Positions 1 through 9,627 of a stretch of 64,000 nt of DNA are shown here, in pieces. Every line of letters starts with the position of its first letter. The stretch's first letter is position 1. The translations under genes were made by a program, and so were the position numbers. Source of the DNA: an uncultured Nitrososphaerales archaeon (GTDB taxonomy: Archaea; Thermoproteota; Nitrososphaeria; Nitrososphaerales; Nitrososphaeraceae); assembly GCA_963841565.1 (NCBI GenBank), contig CAWJCY010000004.1, positions 50,350 through 114,349 of the forward strand, in the 5' to 3' direction. The notes below the pieces were generated by a model. The model made no database searches, had not been told where the DNA came from, and saw nothing but the letters and a program-made list of their open reading frames with translations.

Positions 1-1
1 C

Positions 2-787
2 ATTGAATTATTCATACGAGCCACAAAGAGAGGCATTAAGGTGGATGTGATCCATTCCGCGTCCGGTATCACCTCTCTAATCGGCGAGAGCGGATTACAA
101 ATTTACAAGTTCGGCAGGGCATCAACTATAATGTCTGAACCTCAGTCGGCTATTAGTGTTTACAACACATTGCTGGATAACTTATTGCTAGGAAATCATA
201 CACTAATCTTGACCGAATATAGCGAGATAAAGGAAAACATTTCCCCTTTCTTTCTGAATCCTACTGTTGCTATGAGGATGTTATTGGACGTCGAAAAGGA
301 TCAAAGAAGTCGAGCATTCACTGAAGAGACCTTTGTAGTCGTTGCGTCAAGGATTGGAAGAACTGATAAGAAGATCATTTCAGGTCAAGTTCGATCACTT
401 ATGGAAATAAATTATGAGACTGGCCCTCACTCCCTTATAGTCCCTGGTCGGCTTCATTTCGTGGAAAAGGAAGCGATCTCCTGTATAACTTCGGTATTAA
501 ACGAGCCAAATGAAAACTCTTCACAAGTTGTGAGAATTTCTACGAGAATGGTTGAAAAGTATGTTCCCTCTGTTAAGAGGACGGTAAATGAGCTAAGAAA
601 ACGACTGCCCACAGATTCAATACAATACAAAGGAATTATCGCCGTACTCGACAATGCGGAATATTATGTTCAAGATGCTGAAAAATTTTTAAATCAGGGA
701 AAAAATGAATTAGCCGTGTTGAGTGTAGGCTATGCGGAAGGTCTAATTGATGCAATTTCCTTCCAAAGGGGGTTGGATCCTTGGTAG
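2..787 (+). CDS. dph5: Diphthine synthase (3' part; 5' end lies before the window) with C-terminal DUF357-like helical domain
   Basis: Frame is open from position 2 (IELFIRATKRGIKVDVIHSASGI). Dph5 motifs GLQIYKFG, HTLIL and GPHSLIVPGRLHFVE. C-terminal 'NAEYYVQDAEKF...AVLSVGYAEGLIDA' resembles DUF357. Confidence 0.9.
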   Translation: MELFIRATKRGIKVDVIHSASGITSLIGESGLQIYKFGRASTIMSEPQSAISVYNTLLDNLLLGNHTLILTEYSEIKENISPFFLNPTVAMRMLLDVEKDQRSRAFTEETFVVVASRIGRTDKKIISGQVRSLMEINYETGPHSLIVPGRLHFVEKEAISCITSVLNEPNENSSQVVRISTRMVEKYVPSVKRTVNELRKRLPTDSIQYKGIIAVLDNAEYYVQDAEKFLNQGKNELAVLSVGYAEGLIDAISFQRGLDPW

Positions 788-919
788 CCGAATGTTACCT
801 AAAGCAATGCTTATCTGAAAGGGAAAATTTTCAAAAGTCCTACCTTTGCACAAATAATGGGGTCATTTCAGCTAAAATGGTTTTAGTAGTAGCACGACTT
901 ACTTATCCCCTAATACCCG

Positions 920-2392
920 ATGAATGACGCTCCAAGGCATAGTTCTGCCACCAAATCAGACCGAATACCTGATGAATTAGAGCGCTTTGTTAGGCACGAT
1001 ACTTATGCTCTTCTTATTAAAGGAAAGGCTGGAACAGGCAAAACGACTCTTTCATTGACTATTCTCAAAACCTTAGGTCAAGCAAGCAATTTTTTCTATA
1101 TTTCTACTAGAGTATCTCCTAGACAGCTCTTCACTTACTATCCATGGTTGGAACAATTTGTTCAAACAATAAAACCTCAACCCACCTCGGACAGTGAAGA
1201 ACAGGTGTACAAGATGTCTATGTTCGAAGACGCACGCCTCGATGAACCTGAATCGTTATTTGAGCGTATAACCAACGAGTTGATGGATGTCAAGGCTCCA
1301 ATTATAATTATCGATAGTTGGGATGCTATAGCTTCATTTATGGATAAGGAGGCTAGACTAAATAATGAACGAGTTCTGCAAACATGGCGTGAGAGGGCAG
1401 GCGCCAAACTAATCTTCATAAGTGAGGATACCTCGTATAGTACGCTTGACTTTTTAGTTGACGGAATCGTGGAATTGGATCAATTTGTGTACGATTCATG
1501 CAGATTGCGACAAATAAAGATGATTAAGTTAAGAGGAGTGAGAATGCTAAACCAGATTTATAATTTTTCACTTAATAATAGTATATTTACCAGCTTTCCA
1601 ACTTACAAACCTTCTGAATATGTTCTTAACAAGAAAGTTCCACAGAATGACTTACCTAAGCGAAAAGACTATCCGCTGAAGCCTTACTCTGTCAGAGGGG
1701 TTGGACGGATTCGGACAGGATATCCTGAGTTGGACGCAGTATTGGAGGGCGGGCTCCCCAGAAAGGGAATTGTGATCTTCAGATTTGAACCCAGTATCCA
1801 TATAATCGCAATAACAACATTTCTTGCAAAAATAATATCCAATTTCATAAAAAGAAATAATCCAGTCCTTCTCGAAACGATAAGTCAAGCCGATCCACAT
1901 ACCATCATGGCGATTATAAGATCATATTTGGGATATTTCCCCACCAACAACGTATTCAGAGGATTGTGGTCTGACATCAAAGAATCAGCTATTAAGCAGC
2001 ACATCGATCCTACTCAGTATTCTGTTCTAAAGAACTCTCAATCTGGCTTGATTGAGAGGAGTATGGAAATGGCTCGAAAGCGATATCCGGAATCCTTGAT
2101 GTTAAGTATCTTCAATTGTGAACATTTGAAATCACTTGAAGACGAACTTAGGCAACGTCAGACAAGCGTGCTTTCGTTACTTAGTGAGAAGACAGATCTT
2201 TCGATTATTGTGGGGACTACTGGAGAAGCAGTTTATCCTCCTGTAGAAGCTCATGCTGATCTGAAACTTGAGGTCAATGTAATAAACGGTACCTTGTTCC
2301 TAAGACCCATTTCACCGGTAGGACCTATTTTCGGATTCACTCCATACAAGATAGGTGGAGTTCCACGTGTAAATCTTCAAGTTTTGGTGTAG
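920..2392 (+). CDS. GvpD/RAD55/KaiC-like P-loop ATPase with a degenerate second RecA-like domain
   Basis: Walker A GKAGTGKT, Walker B IIIIDSWD, 'LDFLVDGIVEL', 'KLRG'. Second domain begins IRTGYPELDAVLEGGLP but has no intact Walker A. Confidence 0.8.
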   Translation: MNDAPRHSSATKSDRIPDELERFVRHDTYALLIKGKAGTGKTTLSLTILKTLGQASNFFYISTRVSPRQLFTYYPWLEQFVQTIKPQPTSDSEEQVYKMSMFEDARLDEPESLFERITNELMDVKAPIIIIDSWDAIASFMDKEARLNNERVLQTWRERAGAKLIFISEDTSYSTLDFLVDGIVELDQFVYDSCRLRQIKMIKLRGVRMLNQIYNFSLNNSIFTSFPTYKPSEYVLNKKVPQNDLPKRKDYPLKPYSVRGVGRIRTGYPELDAVLEGGLPRKGIVIFRFEPSIHIIAITTFLAKIISNFIKRNNPVLLETISQADPHTIMAIIRSYLGYFPTNNVFRGLWSDIKESAIKQHIDPTQYSVLKNSQSGLIERSMEMARKRYPESLMLSIFNCEHLKSLEDELRQRQTSVLSLLSEKTDLSIIVGTTGEAVYPPVEAHADLKLEVNVINGTLFLRPISPVGPIFGFTPYKIGGVPRVNLQVLV

Positions 2393-2891
2393 AGAAGTTA
2401 TTTCGAATAGTACATCTGTTTGCTGCATTAGTGTACCGTGTTGCTAACATTCATTTTAAGCAACTCTCCTGATGTTGCATCAATTAACATGTTATCATGC
2501 TCATGAATCTCACCATACTTATCTTCTTATTTTTGCAATAACTAAGGAGCTTAATGGAATTGAACCGGAAAGAAATTGAGGAGGATATGCTAACCTATGG
2601 GCTGAGGCTGTGCATCTGCGATATTGATGGAGGTCATTTTCTACAATTTAGGCTTATTCTTGCTCTAACTCAGTCACTTCAAGCAAATGTGAATTGCAAA
2701 CATAAGCCAAATTAATCGTTAGACAAAAGCTGGGATTTCGACAGTTAAACTTTACTTTCATGTTGCTCACTAGTCTTCAGGTTTAGTTGCCGAAATAAAA
2801 TTCAACCGAGGAAGAATGTGACTATTCGACGCCCACGTGAATATCAGCAATATATTTATTGGTCAGCTGGCCAGACGCTTCAATACTCTAA

Positions 2892-3845
2892 TTGGTAAGA
2901 GGTCTAGAAGAACTTAATGAGGATCTTCCTCTAACAGATTTCTGTAACGTACTAGATGCCAGCACCAAGGTTCTGAAAAATCAAAATGAAAGTGGACAAA
3001 TTTCAGGAGGAAAAGTACTTGGATCGTTGGTCAATTTAGAGATACCACAAAGGCTAGTAGTGATCGGCGACATCCATGGTGATTATGGTGCTCTTAGCAC
3101 TATCTTGTCCAAGATAAACTACGAGCGATATTTATCAGACGATCATAACAAGCTCATTTTCTTGGGCGATTACATTGACAGAGGTCGAAGGTCTCCTGAA
3201 GTCCTTTATGCTGTATGCTATCTTAAAGCCAGATTTCCCCAGTCAGTAATCCTAATGCGTGGAAATCATGAAGCCCCAGACGAATTCCCATTTCCTTCTC
3301 ATGATTTCCCCTTTAGAATTATAGATTTATTTGGGCAAGATCAATCGATGGTTGTGTATTATCGAAAGATTTTGCCATTTTTTCATGCACTTTACCTATC
3401 AGTAGTGGTCGAAAATTGTTTTGTAATTGTGCATGGTGGCGTACCAGCCCAGCTTCCCCATGATGGACCAGAAGCTATAGAGACTTTGTCTAACGCTCAG
3501 GCCAACCATATGACTAGCGAAACTATGGAAGAAATACTCTGGAATGATCCACGAAATTCCATAATGGATAATGGGAATTTTGAACGATCGAGAAGAGGTA
3601 TTGGTAAGCATTTTGGCCTGTCAGTGAGCAAGACATGGTTGAGAAGACTTAATGCCAAAGTAATCTTGAGGGGACATGAACCTTGTGAAGGATACAAAAT
3701 CGATCATCAAGGGCTAGTCTTTACAATTTTTACCTGCAAAGAGTCATATCCGACGTCAAAGGCAGCCTATCTGGACATCGCCTTTGACGAAATGGTTCAT
3801 TTAAAAGACGGTTATGATCTCCGGCAACATATGAATTATGTATGA
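2892..3845 (+). CDS. PPP-family Ser/Thr protein phosphatase (calcineurin-like metallophosphoesterase)
   Basis: Motifs GDIHGD, GDYIDRG, RGNHE, HGG, LWNDP and RGHE. Confidence 0.92.
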   Translation: MVRGLEELNEDLPLTDFCNVLDASTKVLKNQNESGQISGGKVLGSLVNLEIPQRLVVIGDIHGDYGALSTILSKINYERYLSDDHNKLIFLGDYIDRGRRSPEVLYAVCYLKARFPQSVILMRGNHEAPDEFPFPSHDFPFRIIDLFGQDQSMVVYYRKILPFFHALYLSVVVENCFVIVHGGVPAQLPHDGPEAIETLSNAQANHMTSETMEEILWNDPRNSIMDNGNFERSRRGIGKHFGLSVSKTWLRRLNAKVILRGHEPCEGYKIDHQGLVFTIFTCKESYPTSKAAYLDIAFDEMVHLKDGYDLRQHMNYV

Positions 3846-3854
3846 TTTAAATCG

Positions 3855-4751
3855 CTAAATACTTAGGGTGACTTTAATTTCCTTACAGCGCTTCCTAAGC
3901 GACACGGTCGAAATATCGGCGACTTGACATATTTCAACCTGACGTAGAAATTCATTGCAATTCTGTGAAGCAAGATAAATAACTGCCCCTGCCAGGGCTC
4001 TAGGATTCTTGCCAATAGATATGCGATTCTCTTGAACATCTGAGTAGATTCGCAAGGCTTCCCTCTTTGTTCTTTCAGAGAGACTCAGTCTATTTGCGAT
4101 AAGGGTGACGTAGTCAGGGCCATGTAAAACTGGAACTTGTAACGATAATTCCTTTAAGATGAGTTTGTAATGCGTCATAACGTCCTTCGTAGGCAGATTA
4201 CAAACCGTTGCAATATCGGATATAGTCTTAGGCGTAGCTGTTTCTCGACATGCTGCGTAGAGTGCTGCACCAACAAGCCCAAGCGTAGATCTTCCCTTTG
4301 CGAGCTTCTTAACAGCCGCTTTTCTATATATGTATGCAGCACTTTCGATAACGGCCTGGCTTAAATACAGCTTATCACCAAAATTATTCAAGAATTTCAG
4401 CGCTTTTTCGAGATTTCTAGAAATGGAGTCATTTAACTGAGATCTATTGTTCCAGGTCCTTAACCTTTGCATTTTCACCTTTTGTGACGGTTCTAATGCT
4501 TTACCTCGCGCATCAGTATCACCTATCCCTATCAGTGTGGATAAGCCCTTATGATGCACAGCCAGAGATTCAGGCATGCCCGTCCTTGCCCTGTCGCTGT
4601 AACCCGATCTTGAGGGAAAACTTCCCGCGTGCTCAGAACTCAACAGCTCATCTGCAACGACGCATCCACACGAGCTACAAACGAACTCATTGGATAACAT
4701 ATCGAAGATGACTGTGTAACTTTGGCACTGACTGCAAAATGCAGCATCCAT
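3855..4751 (-). CDS. tfb: Transcription initiation factor IIB (TFB paralog)
   Basis: N-terminal Zn ribbon (CSQC...CSSCG), B-reader-like 'RARTGMP...GLST', two cyclin repeats (KGRS...ALYAACR; GKNPRALAGAVIYLA). ATG at 4751 preferred over the ORF start at 4820. Confidence 0.93.
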   Translation of the reverse strand: MDAAFCSQCQSYTVIFDMLSNEFVCSSCGCVVADELLSSEHAGSFPSRSGYSDRARTGMPESLAVHHKGLSTLIGIGDTDARGKALEPSQKVKMQRLRTWNNRSQLNDSISRNLEKALKFLNNFGDKLYLSQAVIESAAYIYRKAAVKKLAKGRSTLGLVGAALYAACRETATPKTISDIATVCNLPTKDVMTHYKLILKELSLQVPVLHGPDYVTLIANRLSLSERTKREALRIYSDVQENRISIGKNPRALAGAVIYLASQNCNEFLRQVEICQVADISTVSLRKRCKEIKVTLSI

Positions 4752-5017
4752 ATTGTCATTTAGCTTACTTTCAGATGGCACCAAAGTATCACAGGGCTCC
4801 CACCCGGACAAAAGCTCCAACAGTTTTTATCCATACTTTTTCTAGAAATCAGAAATGTCTAATAGGATCTGGTTTTTATTGATATTTTCTTGTCCTAATC
4901 ACATAGGATTTAGATATTCAAACTAATTCTCGTATGATATGCACTTGAATAAATTCACGCAACTCAATTCTAGAAAAGATGTACTCTTATTGCTTATGGA
5001 TTATATGAGAAGCAGAC

Positions 5018-6430
5018 TTGCAAGATACTCTTTTAGCTGGATTGTTAACCTTTCTATGGTTAGTCAATATCCCAATTGCCGTTCTTGCAGTCTCAAGATT
5101 TGTCACAAACAGAAGGGTGTTTATAACTTCTGATCTTAGGAGGATAAGAAATGATCCAGTGATTATTTTTCAGATTACTACGAGGTCCGCGACAAAAACC
5201 CCGGTAGTTGAGAGAGGGATACGATCAATAATTGAATCATGCGGGAAGGTAGAATATGATAAATTTAAAATATCAGTCGTAACTGATGACCCTGCCGATA
5301 ATATAGAACTTGGTGAATTCGGTTGCGAGGTGGTAGTCGTCCCGAAATCGTTCAAAACATCTGCTATTAAGAAAGGAAGAGCCCTCCAATATGCGCTTCT
5401 TTATAGAAGATGCCGGGATGAAAACAAGAAACAGATCTGGATCTACCATATGGATGATGAGAGCTTTGTTACATCTCAAACAATTTTGTCCCTCTTGAAA
5501 TTCATACGAGACGGAAAGGGGGTAGCCTCTGAAGGACCTATCTTTTATCCTCTTAAGTTTGAAAACGCCAATGTTTTAACTGCATTAGCCGAATCGATTC
5601 GACCGTTTACATGCTATGATTGTGTTTCTCAAATGACAAACAAAGTTGTTCTCAAGACTCCACCACTGCATATGCATGGTAGCAACCTTCTTGTACGATC
5701 TGATGTGGAGGACAACATTGGGTGGAATTTCGGTCCTACGCTAGCTGAAGATCAGTTGTTTGGCTACCTGGTATATGAGAAATATGGTTCAAATTCTATG
5801 GGCTGGCATGGCGGGATCTTACTTGAACAACCTCCCCTTAATATCAAGGATCATTTTATGCAGCGTAGAAGGTGGGTTCTAGGAAGTCTTCAGAATGTTG
5901 ATAAATTTTCAATTATTCACAGAGTTAAATTATCATATAAGCTCATGACGTATTTCTTAGGATTTGCTGCTGGGCTCCTATCAACAATTATCTCCATTTA
6001 TGTAAATCTACCAATCGTACTATCATTTTTTACTTCTGCTGGTACTCACACTGGCAATGGCATTGCGAGTGAAAGTATCGTGAATTCTTTTATAGACAAT
6101 CTTAACCTTGCATTCCAGCAATTCTATTCCAATTCTGCATTACACAATTGGACTACTGCAGGACCAATTGAGTTCGCTACGGGATTACTTCTTTTATTCT
6201 CATCGCTTATTTGGTTGTTCTCATATCAACTCGGATTGTTCCAGAATCTTCGATTTAGCCAGATATCATTGTCAAAAAAAATCCTCTTTCACTTTCAAAC
6301 CTTATTTTTATGCCCAATTATTGGTCTTGTAGAAACATTTCCAGCTTTTTATTCAATTATAGAGTACACATTTAGAAATAACCGAAATGAGGGAACACCA
6401 GTATATGATTTCTATGTCATAGAGAAGTGA
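5018..6430 (+). CDS. Membrane-bound family 2 glycosyltransferase (egghead/BRE-3-like)
   Basis: N-terminal TM helix, KGRAL, HMDDES (DxD-like), HGSNL, LAED, QRRRW, and C-terminal TM helices. Confidence 0.85.
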   Translation: MQDTLLAGLLTFLWLVNIPIAVLAVSRFVTNRRVFITSDLRRIRNDPVIIFQITTRSATKTPVVERGIRSIIESCGKVEYDKFKISVVTDDPADNIELGEFGCEVVVVPKSFKTSAIKKGRALQYALLYRRCRDENKKQIWIYHMDDESFVTSQTILSLLKFIRDGKGVASEGPIFYPLKFENANVLTALAESIRPFTCYDCVSQMTNKVVLKTPPLHMHGSNLLVRSDVEDNIGWNFGPTLAEDQLFGYLVYEKYGSNSMGWHGGILLEQPPLNIKDHFMQRRRWVLGSLQNVDKFSIIHRVKLSYKLMTYFLGFAAGLLSTIISIYVNLPIVLSFFTSAGTHTGNGIASESIVNSFIDNLNLAFQQFYSNSALHNWTTAGPIEFATGLLLLFSSLIWLFSYQLGLFQNLRFSQISLSKKILFHFQTLFLCPIIGLVETFPAFYSIIEYTFRNNRNEGTPVYDFYVIEK

Positions 6431-6662
6431 GTGTTGTTGCTGACGACGCCTCTACCTCATAAGGAGATCAATCGAATGTGTATGTCGACAGATGGTTTAT
6501 TTTCGAATCCGCAAGGGATCTGGTATCATTACTTTCAATATGATAAATCTAGTCTGTCGGCTTAGCAGTTAGACCGTCCCTATCTGACAAAAATGGCTGC
6601 ATTTTAGAGAAATAATTCGTGAGATAGAATTTGTTTCAGTGGATCTACGCTGCTTCAAAGGA

Positions 6663-6768
6663 TGGAGGGGGTGGGATTCGAACCCACGAACCCCTTAGGG
6701 ACGGGATCACCCATCTGAAACGTGTAATCTTGAGTCCTGCGCGGTTGACCAGGCTTCGCTACCCCTCC
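6663..6768 (-). tRNA. tRNA-Leu(CAA) with a 21-nt canonical 37/38 intron (6708-6728)
   Basis: Acceptor stem GGAGGGG/CCCCTCC+A, T-arm GTGGG-TTCGAAT-CCCAC, long variable arm, anticodon CAA. Bulge-helix-bulge motif: CTCA/TGGG helix with AGA and TGA bulges. Confidence 0.95.
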
Positions 6769-6917
6769 TCAATGCGTGATTTGAAGCATCAGGTTTTGTT
6801 TCCATTATACTGGGAAGGTACCTTGATAAAAATTTAATCGAATTCAAGTCTGGCACAAATGCCATTGATTTGGGAGACGTAATATTTATTTTGGATGACC
6901 AGTAGCTAATTAAAGAA

Positions 6918-7205
6918 ATGAAGATAACTGAACTAACACCTGGCATAAGGGGTGTAAGTGTAGAAGGAAAAATAGAAAGCATAGCAGAGGCAAGGACCGT
7001 AAACCTAAGAGCGGGAGGCACTGCACGAGTCGCGGATGCCGTTATAACAGATGATAGCGGAAGTATAAAGCTGTCACTTTGGGATGACCAAATAGATATG
7101 GTTCAAGAGGGTGATACGGTCGTTATTGAGAATGGCTATACCCAAGCCTTTAGGGGAGATAACAGCCTGAACATAGGTCGTTATGGCAAGCTTCGGAAGG
7201 TGTAG
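6918..7205 (+). CDS. ssb: Single OB-fold single-stranded DNA-binding protein
   Basis: MKITEL...V.VEGKI, 'DDSGSIKLSLW' and 'IENGYTQAFRG...LNIGRYG', typical of crenarchaeal/thaumarchaeal SSB. Confidence 0.88.
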   Translation: MKITELTPGIRGVSVEGKIESIAEARTVNLRAGGTARVADAVITDDSGSIKLSLWDDQIDMVQEGDTVVIENGYTQAFRGDNSLNIGRYGKLRKV

Positions 7206-7277
7206 CAATTTACATATGTCGACATCCTAAAAAGGCATTCAACGGTGGTGCCCAATTTTAATCGCAACTAATTGCCT

Positions 7278-8105
7278 TTAGCTGATATATCCTGTGTTAC
7301 GCGGATTAGTTTGCGCGGTTTGCTCTCCCCCTTCAAACCTCCCACCAGAAGCCTGTCCCATCTGCTGTTCAATTGTTTTTATCAACATTTCTGTGTCTTT
7401 CGCTCTCGCATCCAAGGCGTCCATACTAATCTCTACACCCAGTCTCCTAGTCAAGACTTCCAATAATGACCTTGATGCTTTTGCATCAACAACATAGCCT
7501 GAGGTCTCGCCCAGTAAACAAGTACCTCTCATTCCTTTCAGTTTGGCCAATCCAACTATCAGTCCATTCATCCCTGTTATTACTCCACCATCCATAACAG
7601 CAATATCAGGAGTATTGATATCTCTAAGGCTCTCCATGTCGGAAGCCGTACAAAATACTCGGGGCTTCTGGACAAAGACTCCTGTGATATAAGCTGCCAA
7701 TGCATATATGTGCGAAACAGAAAATCTGGATGCAATTCCGAGAATTGTTTCGGCTAATAGGTACTCCGCATCAGGATTAGAGGGTTGCGAGTCTCCAGTC
7801 AAGAACATCATGTTCAAAGAAGGTGAAATTGGGGATTCATGATAGAATATCGCGTTTCTAATAAGATCTACAGTCCCGTCTGGCTTGATCAGAACTTGCG
7901 GTGGAAATGTATTTGAGTAAATATCCACTAAATGTTTTGCGCTTAGTTCATGTATCAGATGATCTACTGCAAGTTTGCCTACATAACCACTTCCGGGGAA
8001 GCCGCAAATAAGGGAGGGGAACTTAGAATCAGGCAATGAAGAGTTGGGATAAATTAATTCAAACCGTGCTTCAATCATAGTACTACATGATTGCTGCTCA
8101 AGCAA
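7278..8105 (-). CDS. PAC2-family proteasome assembly chaperone-like protein
   Basis: GFPGSGYVGKLA, FPPQV, LTGDSQP, ITGMNGL, CLLGETSGYVVD; C-terminal GYIS. Confidence 0.88.
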   Translation of the reverse strand: MLEQQSCSTMIEARFELIYPNSSLPDSKFPSLICGFPGSGYVGKLAVDHLIHELSAKHLVDIYSNTFPPQVLIKPDGTVDLIRNAIFYHESPISPSLNMMFLTGDSQPSNPDAEYLLAETILGIASRFSVSHIYALAAYITGVFVQKPRVFCTASDMESLRDINTPDIAVMDGGVITGMNGLIVGLAKLKGMRGTCLLGETSGYVVDAKASRSLLEVLTRRLGVEISMDALDARAKDTEMLIKTIEQQMGQASGGRFEGGEQTAQTNPRNTGYIS

Positions 8106-8263
8106 TCAACTTAAAAGTGTTTATTTCGATGACGAGTTTATTCGGTGTGATTCATATATAATTTTTCTAGCCTGTTGGAGAGGAATGCATACTACGATAC
8201 TACTTATCGAATGATCTATCATTAATCGAGAGCGACATACATAATAGATGTGTTGCACGCTAA

Positions 8264-8831
8264 CTAACCTTGCTGAATTGGTCTCCTGATTTCTCCTTCA
8301 AGATTAGCAGCTGTGTGAATGTTGACATAGGCCTCACCGCTGTCGAAAAGATCGAGTAGACCTGAAATTGGTTAGCCTACCAGTGGACCTTCTAGATCGT
8401 CAGCACTTAACGTCGCGCTCATCAGTTAACCCTAATTTCCCAATTGGTGGCTGAGGCTTGGATAAAGAAGCAACTACTGGATTATTTTCATCGCTCCTCC
8501 CTCTGTGGATATGAGTGGCAGTAATCTCCTCGACATTTTGGACGTTTACTTCATACGAAATATCATTGCCGAACGATGCAGTCGCAACTGAATCTCCCAA
8601 TCCAATTGCTTATGCATTCGAGTCGAATTGAGCTTCGCCGATCGCATCTGTACTTACCTTATGAATCTCTGCGCCGCCAGAAAGGGAAGCGGAATATACT
8701 CCAGATATCTCGAGGTTACTAGCAAAGGCAGACAAATAAATTGAGAACATCACTGCCAATCCCCTAATAGATAATATGGTAACCATAGCTACCTTTAGCT
8801 TAAGTGGGAAGTTCATCAGTAATGTACTCAC
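8264..8831 (-). pseudogene. CHRD-domain secreted protein, disrupted
   Basis: Signal-like N-terminus, 'ASLSGGAE', 'THIHRG...PVVA' and, in another frame, 'GEAYVNIHT..NLEGEIR'. In-frame TAA at 8610-8612, a frameshift near 8400-8440 and a further TAA. Confidence 0.8.
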
Positions 8832-9209
8832 TTCATTCTATATGAAATATGAGTAAATTTTTACTATAGTGTTTTTCCAGTGATAATGATGTCTGAATTT
8901 GACATATTGAGAAATGGTTAGCGTCTCGAGGGCAGCCATAAAGAAAGTAATCAAGATCAGATACCAAAAAATGGTGAATGTCCAACGGAAAAGGAAACAC
9001 CTCTGACTATTCTTGTAACTATTGATGATGCTACAAGTGTCTAAATTAAATGAATGAAAAGATATTGCAAAATTCATACCACAAGTACTGACGGTATTCT
9101 TCCAAAGGAAATGATGCTCGACCAACTCAATTCGTATCTCATTTGATAATCGAGAAGAATTGCAAATTTCTGGATAACAATTAAATACATTTTCCGCAAT
9201 AGTCAAGGC

Positions 9210-9216
9210 TTATAAG
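9210..9216 (+). promoter_or_regulatory. Probable TATA box of the gene at 9245
   Basis: TTATAAG about 30 bp upstream of the ATG; spacing fits a leaderless archaeal transcript. Confidence 0.45.
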
Positions 9217-9244
9217 TTATTCTCTCTTCATGTAATGTAGTTAA

Positions 9245-9565
9245 ATGATTAAAGAATTTATCGTATCAAGAATAGAAGCCTCTCATGATGGGACGCCCTA
9301 CGTACACGTTAGCTTCATGGACCAGACGTCAGGGGACAGACAACAGTCGACGAACCCTTTTGGAGTTAAGGCAATAAACTTTTCCTCTCCAGAAGATTTA
9401 ATGAAAAACTTACCTAAAGCTATGTCAAACGTTCTGGGCAGTGGTATGGGATTAGCTGATGCGCCAACGTTCAAACTGAGTATGAGAGAATATGAAGACC
9501 TGGGCTTAAAGGTAGGTGATAAAGTTTTGATTGAGCTGAAGAAGCCTGAGGTAACAGGCATATGA
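9245..9565 (+). CDS. Conserved small hypothetical protein (possibly arcadin-1-like)
   Basis: Clean ORF. N-terminal 'DGTPYVHVSF' and C-terminal 'LSMREYEDLGLKVGDKVLIELK' beta-rich segments. Confidence 0.7.
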   Translation: MIKEFIVSRIEASHDGTPYVHVSFMDQTSGDRQQSTNPFGVKAINFSSPEDLMKNLPKAMSNVLGSGMGLADAPTFKLSMREYEDLGLKVGDKVLIELKKPEVTGI

Positions 9566-9627
9566 CCCTAAGAGAGTTCTCCTAAGAATTATTACTGGTT
9601 TTGGTATCTAGATCACGTTGGCAGAAT

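Noticed and set aside
920-2392. Gas vesicle gene cluster
   Set aside because: Only a GvpD-like ATPase is present; no gvpA/J/N-like genes in the window.
6631-7021. ORFs 6631-6837 (+) and 6707-7021 (-)
   Set aside because: Shadows overlapping the tRNA-Leu and ssb genes.
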